Positions 37,951 to 52,968 of a DNA stretch of 64,000 bases are shown piece after piece. This stretch comes from Octopus sinensis (Eukaryota). A model generated the notes under the pieces. It searched no databases, was not told where the DNA came from, and was given only the letters and a program-made list of their open reading frames with translations. Numbering within the stretch: the first letter of the stretch is position 1; every line of letters starts with the position of its first letter. The DNA lies in contig NC_043012.1 in the NCBI RefSeq assembly GCF_006345805.1, forward strand, positions 21,328,001 through 21,392,000. The letters run 5' to 3'. Both the position numbers and the translations under genes were made by a program.

Positions 37951-38989
37951 GTCATACGCAAGCACGCTCGCACACACACACACACACACCGGACTACTGC
38001 TTTCACATGTTATTGGCTAATCTGAGATTAATTTACACGATATAGGTGCTAGGTGCCACGCAGTCGGGTCAGACCTGTAACCCTGTAGAACAACCTTCTT
38101 ACTTATAGGCGCAAGCATGACTGTGTGGTTAAACCAAGAATTCATCAGGTATTGCCACATTGTTAAGAAGTTTGCTTTGCAACCACGTGCCTTCGGGTTA
38201 ACCCCCCCCCCCCCCGCGCAGCACCGTCAGCAGTTGCCTTCTACTATAGCTCTTGACCAACCAGAACCTTGTAAGATGAAAACTGTAAGGAAGCCCATCG
38301 TACATACTTGTGCGTTTGTGTCTTGGTGCTTATGCTTGTACCTACCCACCATCGCAAGTAACCGGCCTGTTTATATCCCCGTCACTTAGTGGTTCGGCAA
38401 AAGCGAACGATGGAATAAGTACCAAGCTTCTAAAAGAACTACTGAAGACGATTTTTTTTTTTTACTAAACCGTTTAAAGTGGTGCCCCAGTATGGCCGAA
38501 GCCCAATGATTGAAGTAAAAGATAAACGATATGCAATCATACCTGTGTCCAATAATTAACACTTTTTAAAACTACATAACATTCCACCCCGCGCCCGCCA
38601 CCAGCTAACTATTTCTGTCTCCGGAAACATCGTGTAGTTCTTAAACCGGAATCAAACAAGTATGTTCCAGGTTCTAAACTTTTCACTAAACACATTGCTC
38701 TGTCTATATAAGTCTTCGAAAGAATGGACGATGTGTGTCTTGACGAAGATCTCATTACGAATTTACGCAAATCCGAAATAGTTTTTTTTTAATTGTTTGT
38801 TAGTTTTTGTTGTTGTTGTTGTTTTTTTCTTTTTGAATTAAGATCATATTTAATCCTTTCTAGAGGTTAATCGACATAGACGTACGACAGAGCAGTTAAT
38901 TGGCGGATTAACAATGAAAGAGAAAAACAATCCAAGATAATTATGTCATTTACTTGTACTTTGTATGGCGTGGAGTATGTGCTTACACC

Positions 38990-39047
38990 ACACACACACA
39001 CACACACACACCACACACATAATATATATATATATACATATATATAT

Positions 39048-39083
<36 letters not shown>

Positions 39084-39201
39084 CACGCACGCACATACGC
39101 ACAGAAACACAAGCACATATAGATACTTACACACACATAAATACATACACACACATATATACATATATACATATATACACACACACACATATATATGTAT
39201 G

Positions 39202-39264
<63 letters not shown>

Positions 39265-39447
39265 GCACAGAAACACAAGCACATATAGATACTTACACAC
39301 ACATAAATACATACACACACATATATACATATAGATACACACACACACACATTATATATATATATATATATATATACATGAATGTATGTATGTGTATATA
39401 TATATGTATATGCATATATATATAAGTATGTATGTATGTATGTATGT

Positions 39448-39481
<34 letters not shown>

Positions 39482-39510
39482 ATATATATATATCTATATA
39501 TATATATATA

Positions 39511-39555
<45 letters not shown>

Positions 39556-39590
39556 GCACGCACATACGCACAGAAACACACACACACACA
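38990..39590. repeat. Compound (CA)/(TA) microsatellite with duplicated internal block
   Basis: ACACGCAC..GCACAGAAACAC recurs at ~39082, ~39259 and ~39551. Confidence 0.85.
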
Positions 39591-40430
39591 TTCCATTAAT
39601 AATGATTTCACTAACAATCAGCTAAATGCTTTTAGTCACATCCAGGTTGTTTCTCATCGAACGCAAATGGTTTGTTTGTTTTGCTGTTGTTACTTCTTTT
39701 TTTGCTTATTGCATTTTGGTTTTTATTCATATCTATTATTTTTTTTACTAATACCTGACGTTCCTATTCACAAATTTTCAGCATTAAACAAGCACAGTGA
39801 AGTAAGAACAGCAATATGACACAGTTGAGAGCAACGGCTGTACTGATGTGAGATTTGTTGATCTTTTAGCTAGAATCTGTGTAGCACAAATGTAAAAAGT
39901 CCCAGTTTCACTCTATAAGCTCTAGAAGTGTCTGATAGGCATAACTCGTCTGGGCGTTCACTTCGGCCTACGTAAATAAACTCAACACGACTCATTCTGC
40001 AAAATGAAACCACAGATCATTGCATTATTTCACACGGTCCTATTATGCGAAGGGCAAAATATTTTCTCCTATCGTGAATATAATTTCATTGCTTTCCAAA
40101 CTCGTTTCCATACTGAAGTTGCATGTTTCCATGGATCGAATCACATACGTGTTCACTTTTGTAGATACGAAGTAGCATGGATTCATTGTACAAAAGCCCA
40201 TATGTGTGTGTGTGTGTGTGTGTGATAGTGAGTAGGTTTGTGTGAGTTTGTGTGTGAAAGAGTGCAAGTGCATGTGGTGTGTGTGTGTGTGTGTGTGTGT
40301 GTTTATTAAATCTGAGTCCGAAAAATACGACTTGTTGACTCACAGTTATAATAAAACATTTTCACATTTATTATTAGTATATATACTACAAACATACATA
40401 CATACATACATACATACATACACGCATGCA

Positions 40431-40461
<31 letters not shown>

Positions 40462-41075
40462 GTACGTACGTACATACATATAAATCTATATGTATTCCAT
40501 GAAGACTCTTAATCTCCGGAAAAGACTTCCGGACAACTTTTCTTGACAACCAAATTGAAGTTTCTTTGTATCAACAGTTTTATCTTACCACAAGGGGTTT
40601 ATCACAGCCAACCTAATTTCCTAGTTAATAGCAATTACATAAAGCACCTTCATTAATTTATCCTTAATTTATTTTTTTAATTTGATTAAATCTATATTTT
40701 CTATACACCAACGCTTTTTTTTGAAAATTAAGTCAGAAAATAAAAGATTTGATATTCTCAATTTATTTATTTATTTATTTATTTATCTAGTTTCAGCTCA
40801 CTAGCTGTGGCCATGCTGGGGCACCGCCAATTTCTTTATGTAATTTTCGTCAACCCTTTTATTACTTAAGCAACTGCTTTGCCAAATCATAAAATGCAAA
40901 GAATTCAATTCACTTAAAGGTTAAAATTCCTGAAAATTTGTTATTTCTGTCGATGACACTTTTAAATCGCAATTTAATGACGAACATGCAACAAGTTTCA
41001 AAAAAATAGAACACACGCATTATAGTAGTGTATGTGTGTGTAACAATTGTGTAACTGTGTCTCTGAGTGTATATC

Positions 41076-41111
<36 letters not shown>

Positions 41112-42830
41112 GTGTGTGTGTGTGTATTAAAAAGATCAGTTCAATTGTGTCCTAGTTTTATCAACCAGTCATAGACCTAGTTTTAACAGTGCACTCTATC
41201 ACCAGCCATTACAATGTCAAACGATTGTGACAAAAGCCTGCCTACGTTCTTCGTGAGTTGTCCATCTTCTTTGTTACTTTTCTTTCTTTCTGAACAAAAA
41301 CAAAATACTCGTTAATTATGTCAGCGATTATTATTTTCATTACAACGTGTAGGCATGGGTATCTGGCTAAGAAACGATTCACAAACAACGTGATTTCGGG
41401 TTCAATTCCACTGTGTGGTAACGTGAGTAAGTATCTTCTATCATAGTCTAGGATTGACCAAATCAATGTAGGCGAAATTTGGTGGACAGAAACTGTGCAA
41501 GCTGGCTTAATAGATCGTTCCTGTTCTTGAATAAGAGGCTTAATTCTTTGCCCTGTTCTACATCGCAATGTACCCGGTCCATAAGGGCCTTTTGAGGTGT
41601 CGTCTTTATTGCAAACATTTGGATTAAGTCTCCGATACCAGAACAACAAAATGCTTAGCAACGTTTCTACTTTCTGAGTTCAAATTATTCCGTGGTCAGC
41701 TTTCTCGTTCATCCCTTCGAAGGTGATAAAATAAAGTTCCAGTGAAGTATTAGAGTTTACGTAATCAACATGATCCTCCCCTCAAAATCACTGGCCTGCC
41801 ACTCTGTAAGATACCGGGGTCCCATTCGGCGGAAATATTGTGATTCGGTCACGGAAACCAGGTAATCGTCTTCATGGGTCTTCGAGATCGAGAGAAAGGT
41901 TTAGACCCCGAAAATTGAAACATTAAAGAAGGAGACCAAACAATATTAGGTTTTAGCCAGTTCCGCTAATTTTATCAGTCGTCATTCTCGGTTTGTTTTT
42001 CTATGATCAAAGTTCAAATCATGCTTGTTCCAGGGATTTTTTGAGGTCGATGTTAATCAAGAAATCTCTCCTACCACCAACCCATAACTTGTTCTGTGTC
42101 AATACGAGAAATGTCATGTCCAATATGACAAGTGTTGCAGAAGAAAATTGAGCCAGCCATCACCTGTCGCTTAAAATCATGTCACTTGACTAACACCCAT
42201 TCATCTTGTTGACGTTGCCACGATTGTCTAGATGTAGGTCGTCCTTGGTTGACAGATTTATGATGATAAAACGTTCTAACCGTAACAATCTTTATGTTTG
42301 TCTTCAGACATAGTCTAGCTGAGTTTGCATTATCCGATGCATTCTTTCTTTTCGTAGGCGTTAGGCTGTAATTTCAGGAACATTTGGCAACGATTTCCGG
42401 CCAGCCGAATGGTTACCTATAAGTTAAATATATTGTCTATCTAGTACAAGTACTACAATATCCCTTCTTAAAAATGATATGTTACTTGAGGAAGATAGGG
42501 TAGCAATTTCTAGCAGATCTAGCGATCACGCAGTATTTCCAGCCAGTGTGTCTAGAACAGCATTAAGCAATGCGACCTTGCATTTTTAAGACGTTATTGT
42601 GAGATGTAAGGGCAATTTTTTGCTGCTACTTCAAGCAGCCGCGTAGACGCTCAACATTGGCTCTAATATTTTTGAAAAAGGTATGAAAGTCATAGCAATA
42701 TATTTTATTTTCCCTCCACTAAAACGCAAAATCTTTTTTCAAAATTTTGAAAGTGCACCGAATATTTCTCTCTGAGAACCAACTAGAAAGAAAATCTACG
42801 AAGTCACACTACTTGCTAAATATAGCAACC

Positions 42831-43067
42831 TATTTCTTTACTACCCACAAGGGGCTAAACACAGAGTGGACAAACAAGGAGAGACAAACGGATTAAGTCG
42901 ATTATATCGACCCCAGTGCGTAACTGGTACTTAATTTATCGACCTCGAAAGGATGAAAGGCAAAGTCGACCTCGGCGGAATTTGAACTCAGAACGTAACG
43001 GCAGACGATTTAAACGGCTACGCATTTCGCCCGGCGTGCTAACGTTTCTGCCAGGTCCCCACGCTAC
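42831..43067 (-). mobile_element. SINE family A with 11-bp TSD
   Basis: TSD ATATAGCAACC at 42820-42830 and 43068-43078. Confidence 0.93.
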
Positions 43068-44785
43068 ATATAGCAACCAGGTTTCCTTCAAACCACACTA
43101 TGTCAACTTTGAAAAGAGTACACTTATATAAAATAGCCACACTTGAAATATCTTTGATCATTAGCCTCCTTTCTCAGGGTCGAACTGGACTAAACAACTG
43201 TTTATGCTAATGAGGAAACCTCTCCGAAGTCGCTCGACCTATTGAACAGGCGGCGAATAAATTTCTCTCAGATCACATCTAACCGTTTGAAAACAAGACA
43301 TGCTGGTCATAGCTGGACCGCCTCTAAGTAGTAGCCATGTTTTGGGGGGAAAACTGAGGGTATTATCACAAATGGAATGTGTCGACGTGATATAACTGTG
43401 TCAAGCAATCTAAAGGAATGTCACGGTTGGAAAGCCTGTGATCATAGATCGTATTAATTAGGACTGATCTGGGCGAGACATCAACAACAACTGGAAAAGT
43501 TACAAATATCATAAGGGAAATGATATTTATTCTACACACACAAACTCAGACACACTCACATGTGTGTGTATGAGTGTGTATATGTGTATGTGTGTGTATG
43601 TGTGTGTAAGTGTGCGTGTATACACACATGTATGTGTATCATTATTCAATTTTATTTCAAGATTTCTTGCAAATAGAGAAATAACCGGTTTCTGGCCTAG
43701 ATTCAAGGCTCCTTCACTGAAATTTCAACATCAACAATAGGGTATTTTTATTTGTATGTATTTATGTATGTATGTATGTATGTATGTATGTATGTATGTA
43801 TGTATGTGTGTGTGTGTATGTATTTATGTATGTACGTATGTATGTATGTATGTATGTATGTATGTATGTATGTATGTATGTATGTATGTATGTGTGCAGA
43901 TTTGCATGTTCTGCTTTGTGTATGTATTCTCATGCATATAGTTACATGTTTAGGCATGCTTATGTATATTTAAATGATAAACTTTTGGAAAGTTTTACAG
44001 ATTTTTACAGTTCTAGTGATGGATTAGATCTGTAATCTTCGAATTAACTTTCTCCTTTCTGGTTTTGAGAATCCTAATTATGTATGTATGTATGTATGTA
44101 TGTATGTATGTATGTATGTATGTATGTATGTATGTATGTATGTATGTGTGTATGTATGTATGTATGTATGTATACACCTGTACTTGATCAAAATTTCAAA
44201 CGAACTCGATATGTCACATTCAGCGAAAGGAAATGATATCAGTTTTCATTAATTTTCATAATCAATGCCTTGTGAGCAAATTTTGTAAGCGGAAATTGTG
44301 ACGAAGCCCGTCATGTATTCATATATATGTGTGCGTATGTGTGTGTATGTGTGATTTTATGCATGTATGTATGAGTATTTTGTGTATGTGTGTATGCATG
44401 TGAGTATATATGCATGAGTGCCTTTGTGTTTGTGTTTGTCCTCCACCACCACCACTAGCACCACCACTTGTCAACATTTTTTTAAGTCTTCACATTTGGC
44501 GGTTCGGCAAAAGTGAGCGATAGAATAAATCTCAGGCTTTAAAAAATTAGGCACAGGGCTCGATTTGTTCTGCTAACTATTTCAAAGCGGTGCCCCATCA
44601 TGGCCAGAGTCCAATGACTTAAACAAGTATAACACAGAAGTGATAGAAAATAGACAATGTATTTACACTTAACTGAATTCTCATTGTATTTTCCTGTGAA
44701 GCTTTTAAACTGTTTCTCAACGGAGAGGCCGAGGCGACGACAAATGGCGCATGAACGAAAAATTGCATTTGAGTGAGTTGCTAAG

Positions 44786-45029
44786 TACTCTTACTCTTTT
44801 ACTTGTTTCAGTCATTTGACTGTGGCCATGCTGGAGCACCGCCTTTTAGTCGAGCAAATCAACCCCAGGACTTATTCTTTGGATGCCTAGTACTTATCCT
44901 ATCGGTCTCTTTTGCCGAACCGATAAGTTACGGGGACGTAAACACACCACCATCGGTTGTCAAGTGATGTTAGAGGGACAGACACAGACACACAAAGATA
45001 TACACTCACACACATACGTACATACATAT

Positions 45030-45109
<80 letters not shown>

Positions 45110-45274
45110 TACGACGGGCTTCTTTCAGTTTCCGTCTACCAAATCCACTCACAAGGCTTTGGTCGGCCCGAGGCTATAGTAGAAGACACTTGCCCAAGGT
45201 TCCACACAGTGGGACTGAACCCGGAACCATGTGGTTCGTAAGCAAGCTACTTACCACACAGCCACTCCTATGTC
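44786..45274 (-). mobile_element. Full-length SINE family B
   Basis: Colinear with 20935-21346, with an expanded central (TA)n. Confidence 0.92.
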
Positions 45275-45934
45275 TATATGTCTAATGCATACATAACATG
45301 TCATTGTTTTGAGAGAAGCAATAAGAAAATACACCTTTATATGTGTGTGTAAGAGAGAGTGCGCTTGCGCAGGTGTGTGTGTGTGTGTGTATGTGTGTGC
45401 GTATGCGCGTATGTGTGCGCATACTCCTAGTGCTGCTAGTAATATGTAGTCCAGTGCTATGTATCACATGGTCGAGCCATCAGCGATTTTACCTGCCAAG
45501 CCTCGTAAGGAGGGTTTCTTTTTGTTGGATGACCTGCAGGACGAAAAACAAAAACTGCCAGCGCGGATGAATTCAGTAGAGTCTAAGGCCACCCAATAGA
45601 TAGGAGTGAGAGACTCTAATTCTCTGTTTAGATATCTTTCTGGGAGAAGGAAAACTTTGGTGTTACACCTGTGACTGCACTTGCGCCCATTGATGTTGGC
45701 TTGTTATTTCGGGAGTAAATGCATAAGATTTTTTTTTTCTTTTCAGAGAGCGGGATTGGCCCTTTTCAAGGTCTTTTCTTACTACAGAAAGCTTCGTGCT
45801 CAGGCATTGTTCGATATTTATTATTTTTATTATGTATTGCATATTATTGCTGACCGCAACCGAAATAGGTAAAACATTCAATGAAAAATCCCGTGATGGA
45901 ATAAAACTATGCGCCAGAGTGGATAATAACTCAC

Positions 45935-45965
45935 CTGCTGCAAGAGGCGCCCATCGTTGCCACAT
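45935..45965 (-). CDS. Candidate 31-nt exon (MWQRWAPLAA-G in phase 0 to 1)
   Basis: Strong donor CAG|GTGAGT and a modest acceptor CTTTTGTACAATTAAAG. No homology recognised. Confidence 0.15.
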
Positions 45966-46589
45966 CTTTAATTGTACAAAAGAGTGATGGTTAAGTAGAA
46001 TTGAAAAACCATATCAGTGTTGTTTTAATCGAACAATGAATCGATTGCATTGTTCAAAATCAAGTTTCAGCCATCATCTGTTTGTATGTGAGTGAGCGAT
46101 GCTTGGGTAAAATGTTCCACTTCTCCTTGACAATGTGTTTATATACCTTTATACGCCTTATAACTGTATGTGCATAGATATAGTTGCTTACATTTGATAT
46201 GTGGTTGTCGATAAACATATCTTTCGCACAAATTAGTCTATTCGCCGATCGATCTATCGATTTTTTGAGGCTAACTACTAACATTTCCTTCCTGGTTAAC
46301 ACTTCCTTTCTTTCGTATCACAGTCCTCTTTCATATTGATATGAGATGAAGATTAATGCGCATTGTCTATATTATAGCGGATGTTAACGTCTCTATTATC
46401 ATGAAAGTCCCACTCTTTGAAATTCAACCTGAACTAAGGCGGGAAGAGTGTAAATCGCAACTTGAATCTATTTGGAGACGAAGAGCAGTACTCGCTTATA
46501 AATGCCCCATGTTTTACGATTTAGTCAAAAGCATGAAATCGTGCTCATTACCTTCACAGATTCTCTAAGACTGGTGAAAGTAACAGAAA

Positions 46590-46800
46590 ATCAACATCTC
46601 CAGGAAATACAGTGGTGTGGGAGGTGATTCCAGGGAGTTAATGATGCGGGAAAATAAACGTAGAGTCTGGATGATGAGACAGAGAAGAAGTCAGGAGAGT
46701 AAGAGAGGTATACTCATGTATAAGATGCAGAGGCCCAGCTGGAAGTGACATGCAATCAGCTAACTTAGAGAAGTAGGAGATCAGAGACCATTGCAATAGC
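46590..46800 (-). mobile_element. Decayed CR1/L2-like LINE RT C-terminus
   Basis: YFPASLTPWNHLPHH resembles the FFPRT..LWN.LP motif. Confidence 0.45.
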
Positions 46801-47199
46801 GATAGACTACATAATGAAAGGGACGAACATATTTTTTGCGATACTTTTTGTTTTATGTGGCATAGAGTATAAAGTAATCTAAAACTGTACCAAATTACCT
46901 CATTTGCACACAGAGATGTATAACAGTAATCTCACAATATAGTAGAGAGTGCCATTGTTTTTTTTATGAAAGATGCAACCTTTGTGAAACATATGGATGT
47001 CACATGTTATCACTTCCCTAAATCTAGAGCATTCTGCTTAATTAATGTAAAATAGTTTATTCCTCGGATGTTATGAGAGGTTGCGGAACGTAGGAACAAC
47101 TAAATGAACTTTAGTTTAATGCGAGTATCAAAGGTAATCCTGCCAAGCGGTGCGCATTTCCTTCTAATTAGAATAACAAAAGGCACGTTAATTATACAG

Positions 47200-47607
47200 T
47201 GCGCAGGAGTGGCTGTGTGGTAAGTAGCTTGCTTACCAACCACATGGATCTGGGTTCAGTCCCACTGCGTGGAACCTTGGGCAAGTGTCCTCTGCTATAG
47301 CCTCGGGCCGACCAATGCCTTGTGAGTGGATTTGGTAGACGGAAACTGAAAGAAGCCTGTCGTATATATGTAAATATGTATGTGTATGTGTGTGTGTATG
47401 TTTGTGTGTCTGTGTTTGTCCCCCTAGCATTGCTTGACAACCGATGCTGGTGTGTTTACGTCCCCGTAACTTAGTGGTTCGGCAAAAGAGACCGATAGAA
47501 TAAGTACTGGGCTTACAAAGAATAAGTCCCGGGGTCGATTTGCTCGACTAAAGGTGGTGCTCCAGCATGGCCGCAGTCAAATGACTGAAACAAGTAAAAA
47601 GAAAAGT
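47200..47607 (+). mobile_element. Full-length SINE family B
   Basis: GCGCAGGAGTGGCTGTGTGGTAAG head through CCAGCATGGCCGCAGTCAAATGACTGAAACAAG. Confidence 0.92.
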
Positions 47608-48164
47608 ATATCCACAGCTTAAACAAGTATATTCACGCAGGTCGCTATACATATATCTAGTTTAGTATCTGTATATAGTCCCCTTGAAATGCTGAACCCG
47701 TCGACATAGACTTTCATGTCACCTTTTAAGTTAAAATACGTACCAGTAATTTACTGGTACCGATTAAATGGATTATATTCTTCCGCTAAAAAATGAGTTA
47801 GTGAATATTTACGCAGTTATTGAAAATGAATTTGTGTCTGAGAGAGACGAGGAGAGAGAGGGAGCGAGAGAAGGAGAGAGGGAGGTGAGCGTGCATGCGC
47901 ATGTGTGTGTTGAGGTGGGGGGGGCTATTGTCAGAGTTGCTAGAGTTTTGGATGCAGTGCTTTGCGGTAATCGTTCCGACTGCACTAGTTATAGGGAAGA
48001 ATCAATTCTTTTCTTTATCTCTGTCTGCCTGACTTTCTTCTGGAAGAAACTGGCCGTGGTCAAATCTGGAGCGAAAGCGATGGGATCCGCCATGTCTAAG
48101 ACATGCCTTTTTCCACGTCGGTGCCTCCACGTTTCCATCGAGGAGTTAAGGCTCCAGAGAAATG

Positions 48165-48220
<56 letters not shown>

Positions 48221-48274
48221 GATTGATTGATTCTAGTTTCAGCTTATGAGCTGTGGCCATGCTGGGGCACCGCC

Positions 48275-48326
<52 letters not shown>

Positions 48327-50199
48327 GCACAAAAGGAATAGGGATTCAAAGAATCAAACGGAACTCATAGTAGGCTCTTCGCCAAGCGTCCGGCTATGAA
48401 GAAAGGCAGTAATTGAGATTCACCACCGTCACAATAGATCGGATGCTTTTGCAAAAGTAGTCCCAGTTCATAGGATAAAACCATAGCATCACGTCGTACT
48501 GACTTTGTCAGTGTTTTCTTGACAGAGATATTGGGGGTAGTTTGCTTTCTCCAACTGGATGGCCGTTGGCTCACAATGAACTCATCTTTTACCTAACTCT
48601 ATGTTGAGTTCAGGGTATAAAAACAACGTCACCATCCTTCTGAAAATTCAGGAATCACATTGGCGAAGAATGTATATTAATCAACTAAAATTCATAGAAA
48701 GGAGAGATGAAATATTTATTCCATTTGTTGACAGCTTTTTCGTAATTCCCATCCAGTTACATCAGCAACGCTAAAGCCTTCTACGTAACATATAAATAAA
48801 CATATAACTATGCACATATATAGTGGTGATATTTAACCCACATAACCATTGGTCATATGAAAATCAGTAAAGAATTTATTTTCGTTCAGTATTGCTTCGT
48901 ATCTCTCCTCAGGCTACTCTCACTATTCACAAAATACACATCAATTTCCCTGTGAAACTACTGCCTACACTAATGATTAATTCTTACTCTGCAGCACCGA
49001 TTTTCAGCCAGTTGAAGACATCGGTTTAATAGCTAAATTTATTGACCATGGACATAAGGCAGTGTTGCTTTGTGGATACGAATTGGCGACCACTCAGATT
49101 GTTCTCTAATAACTTATCGATTCGGTTTACAGTACTCTCGCGAATACCAGGATACTTGTATATATCTGTGGCTGTGCCTCGGTGTGTGTGTGTGTTTGTG
49201 TATGTGTATATTTATATATGTGTGTTTGTATGTGTGTATATGCATGCATGTGTGGGTTGTTACACAGAACACAAGACTTTGGATCTTCACCTAACGCAAG
49301 CAAAGATATCCTCTTGACTTAGCAGAAGCCAGAATTAAATCCAGATTTGAAATATTAACTGAGTCTATGAACACGATCACCTCGTGCCGGGGCATTGTAT
49401 GCCACAATGTCTATCTAGAAGAAATTTACTCATGGAAGTCCGTATGTTCTATTACAACAGTGGGCGTGCGTGCGGGCGTGCGTGCGGGCGTGCGTACGTG
49501 TGTGTGTGTGTGTGTGTGTGTGTAATTATATAACACACACATACACACACACGTTTGTGCATTTAAGAGAACTGTAAGAGTAGCACTATGATCATAAATC
49601 AGTTTTGATTTGGAGATTCTACTCTGGAAAACTTGCAGAATGTGGATGGAATTAGCACTCTATGAATACTGCCCCGCAAATCTCTGCGTTTTTCTGAAAA
49701 TTAGGATGCGAAGCAAGTTTGTTGCCAGATATTCTCAATGTAACGCTTCCAGAGCTTGGAATAGACCAGAAGACAAATGACAACGACCAAAATATTCGTT
49801 AAGAAATCAGGGCGAAATACCGCTAAGCATTTCGTCCAGCGTGCTAACAACTCTGCCAGCTCGCCGCTTTTCTTTTCTCAAGTTATGACACGAGAAACAA
49901 AGTGAGATTAAAGATGAATAGCTCGAGCGTGTTGGCAAGTACATTTATATGGGAGTAAGTCAAGTACATTCATTTTAACTTTGCGAACACTTTCGCACCA
50001 CATTAACACGCTTATGCACACGGACGCACACGCAAGGCGCGCGTAAAAGCCATTAACTTGGGATACATGACTGCTGAGTGGAGCAAGATCAAAATAAGAA
50101 CGATTGAATAGCTCCAGGCCAACTATCACTATCACTAATAGACTGCTGCCTTACATTCCGTGATTTAAACTTATCGAACAAGAATAACTGAATTAAGGA

Positions 50200-50955
50200 A
50201 TATTGGAAGGAAAGAATGAATGAATAAATGAACGAATGGATGAAAGAATGGAAAGACGAGCGAATGAATGAATGAATGAATGAATGAATGAATGAATGAA
50301 TGAATAAAGGAATGAATGAAGGAACAGACAAATGAATGAATGCTTGAACGAACGTATGACTGAATGAATGAATAATAAAGGAACGAACGAACGAAAGGGC
50401 GAAAGAATGTCTGAGTGAGTGAACAGGGGAATGAATGAATGAATGAATGAATGAATGAATGAATGAATGAATGCCTGAACGAACGTATGACTGAATGAAT
50501 GAATAATAAAGGAACGAACGAACGAAAGGGCGAAAGAATGTCTGAGTGAGTGAACAAGGGAATGAAGGAATCAACGAATGACTGAATGAATGAATGCCTG
50601 AACGAACGTATGACTGAATGAATGAATAATAAAGGAACGAACGAACGAAAGGGCGAAAGAATGTCTGAGTGAGTGAACAAGGGAATGAAGGAATCAACGA
50701 ATGACTGAATGAATGAATGCCTGAACGAACGTATGACTGAATGAATGAATAATAAAGGAACTAACGAACGAATGGACGAAAGAATGTCTGAGTGAGTGAA
50801 CAAGGGAATGAAGGAATCAACGAATGAGTGAATGCCTGAACGAACAAATAACTAAATGAATGGACGGACGAACGAATGAATGCCTAAGCGAACGAATGAA
50901 TAAATGAATGAATGAATGATTCCCTGAACGAACGGTCGAATGAATGAATGAGACA
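50200..50955. repeat. (GAAT)n-derived array with a 123-bp higher-order unit
   Basis: TGCCTGAACGAAC at 50472, 50595, 50718 and 50833, with variant TGCTTG at 50341. Spacings are 131, 123, 123 and 115. Confidence 0.93.
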
Positions 50956-51127
50956 AAATTGCTGTTAACTTCCGGTGCAGTTATTGCTCGATTTCCAGCG
51001 AATCCTTCTTTGTATCAAATTATGTATGAAGTTTACTGGAAGATGAACGAACCAATGAGAGAGCCTCGAAATTGTCACCTAACCAGCTAGAAATTGCAAG
51101 CAATTAACCCTCGCAACATACAATATC

Positions 51128-51358
51128 TGTTTCTTTATACCCACAAGAGGCTAAACACAGAGGGGACAAACAAGGACAGACAAACGGATTAAGTCGATTA
51201 CATCGACCCCAGTGTTTAACTGGTACTTAATTTATCGACCCCGAAAGGATGAAAGGCAAAGTCGACTTCGGCGGAATTTGAACTCAGAACGTAACGCCAG
51301 ACGAAATACGGCTACGCATTTCGACCGGCGTGCTAACGGTTCTGCCAGCTCGCCGCCT
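51128..51358 (-). mobile_element. SINE family A with 9-bp TSD
   Basis: TSD TACAATATC at 51119-51127 and 51359-51367. Confidence 0.93.
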
Positions 51359-51964
51359 TACAATATCGTCTTGAACACTTAGACCACCGAGTAATACTAG
51401 AAACTATACAAGATTGTCATGGATGGAATGCCTTTGATTATAGATCAGCTGTACCAGGGTTTACCTCGGAACTGAACAGCAACAAGGACTTGGGATAAAG
51501 ACAGAAACTATAGTTTTTTTGTTTAGTGTTCAGTTCAGCAAGTACAACGTTAGCGCCAGATTGGGACATCAGTTAACAGACTTAACTCAAGTTAGTGTCT
51601 GCATAGTTAATGTGTCAACGCTAATCATGAAATTAATTAGAAAATAGCGTTAATAAACAGTAAAGTGTTTAAAAATAATTAGAAAAATAATTGTGCCCGT
51701 TAGCAGGGAAAAAAAGAGCAACATTAACTCAATGGCAAATTCATCATTTCAGTTATTTTCGACAAGTATGGGGGAGAACTCCCGACATGTTTCGGTTTTA
51801 TTAAACACCCCTGACGAAGCGTTTTGATTGCAGATAAATCACAGAACTGCCAAAGTATGAGAGAATCACAATAAGTAAATGGGAAATTTTGTCGAGCAAT
51901 GGGGGCGATGTATTCGACTTCCCCCTCCCTAAAATTGCTGGCCTTGAGCGAAAATTTGAAACCC

Positions 51965-52005
<41 letters not shown>

Positions 52006-52065
52006 TTATTATTATTATTTTTATTATTATTATTATTTTTATTATTATTATTTTTATTATTATTA

Positions 52066-52123
<58 letters not shown>

Positions 52124-52252
52124 TATTATTTTTTTTTAATTATTATTATTATTATGATCATTATTATTATATTATTATTACAACTATTATTATCACACTG
52201 TCTGTCTTTGTATTGTCCCCCTCATCCTTCACTCTTGTGGCAAATAAATGAA

Positions 52253-52294
<42 letters not shown>

Positions 52295-52340
52295 ATTATT
52301 ATTATTATCATTATTATTATTATCATTATTATTATTATTA

Positions 52341-52392
<52 letters not shown>
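51965..52392. repeat. (ATT)n array, interrupted at ~52195-52250 by a short SINE-tail-like segment
   Basis: Directly visible. Confidence 0.95.
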
Positions 52393-52915
52393 GAGTGAGA
52401 GAGCAGTGCATACCATCAAAGTGACCCTGGAGTAAAATATAGGAAGCCCAGTATACCCGTCATGGCTACTCGTCTGATAAGGGTACACCAGGCACATGCA
52501 TCACAACCATATGTGCGCGACATGGTGATCTCATATCAAGATAAACAGCGCATGACCTTGCAGGTGGAGCCCAGTTAGAATTTCCTTCTGGTCGAGTAGC
52601 CCATCCTACTCAAAAGGATCCCGAATAAGGGTTCTTTAAGGATGATGAACAAAATACCCATGTTTCCAAAGAATTCCTCTCAACACATGACTACGGTGAT
52701 CCCCCACTACTTCTGCTCGTGATCAGAGATGCACATATTGTCAGACACTAAGAGACATGCTCAACTAGTTATGGTCAAACAACTGACAAGCAAATCTGTG
52801 GTATTGAGCAGAATATTTCTTGTAGCCCATCTTTTTTATCAAGACAAAAGCAATGTACATGATAAGACTTCCAATCAGAAGCCATGAGAACCACTGCTTG
52901 GTACTGCATCAGAGC
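52393..52915. mobile_element. 523-bp non-coding element embedded in (ATT)n, probably a non-autonomous derivative of a (TAA)n-targeting non-LTR retrotransposon
   Basis: Sharp junctions with ATT repeats on both sides and no ORF. The R4/Dong-like assignment is inference. Confidence 0.55.
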
Positions 52916-52934
52916 AATATTATTATTATTATTA

Positions 52935-52968
<34 letters not shown>

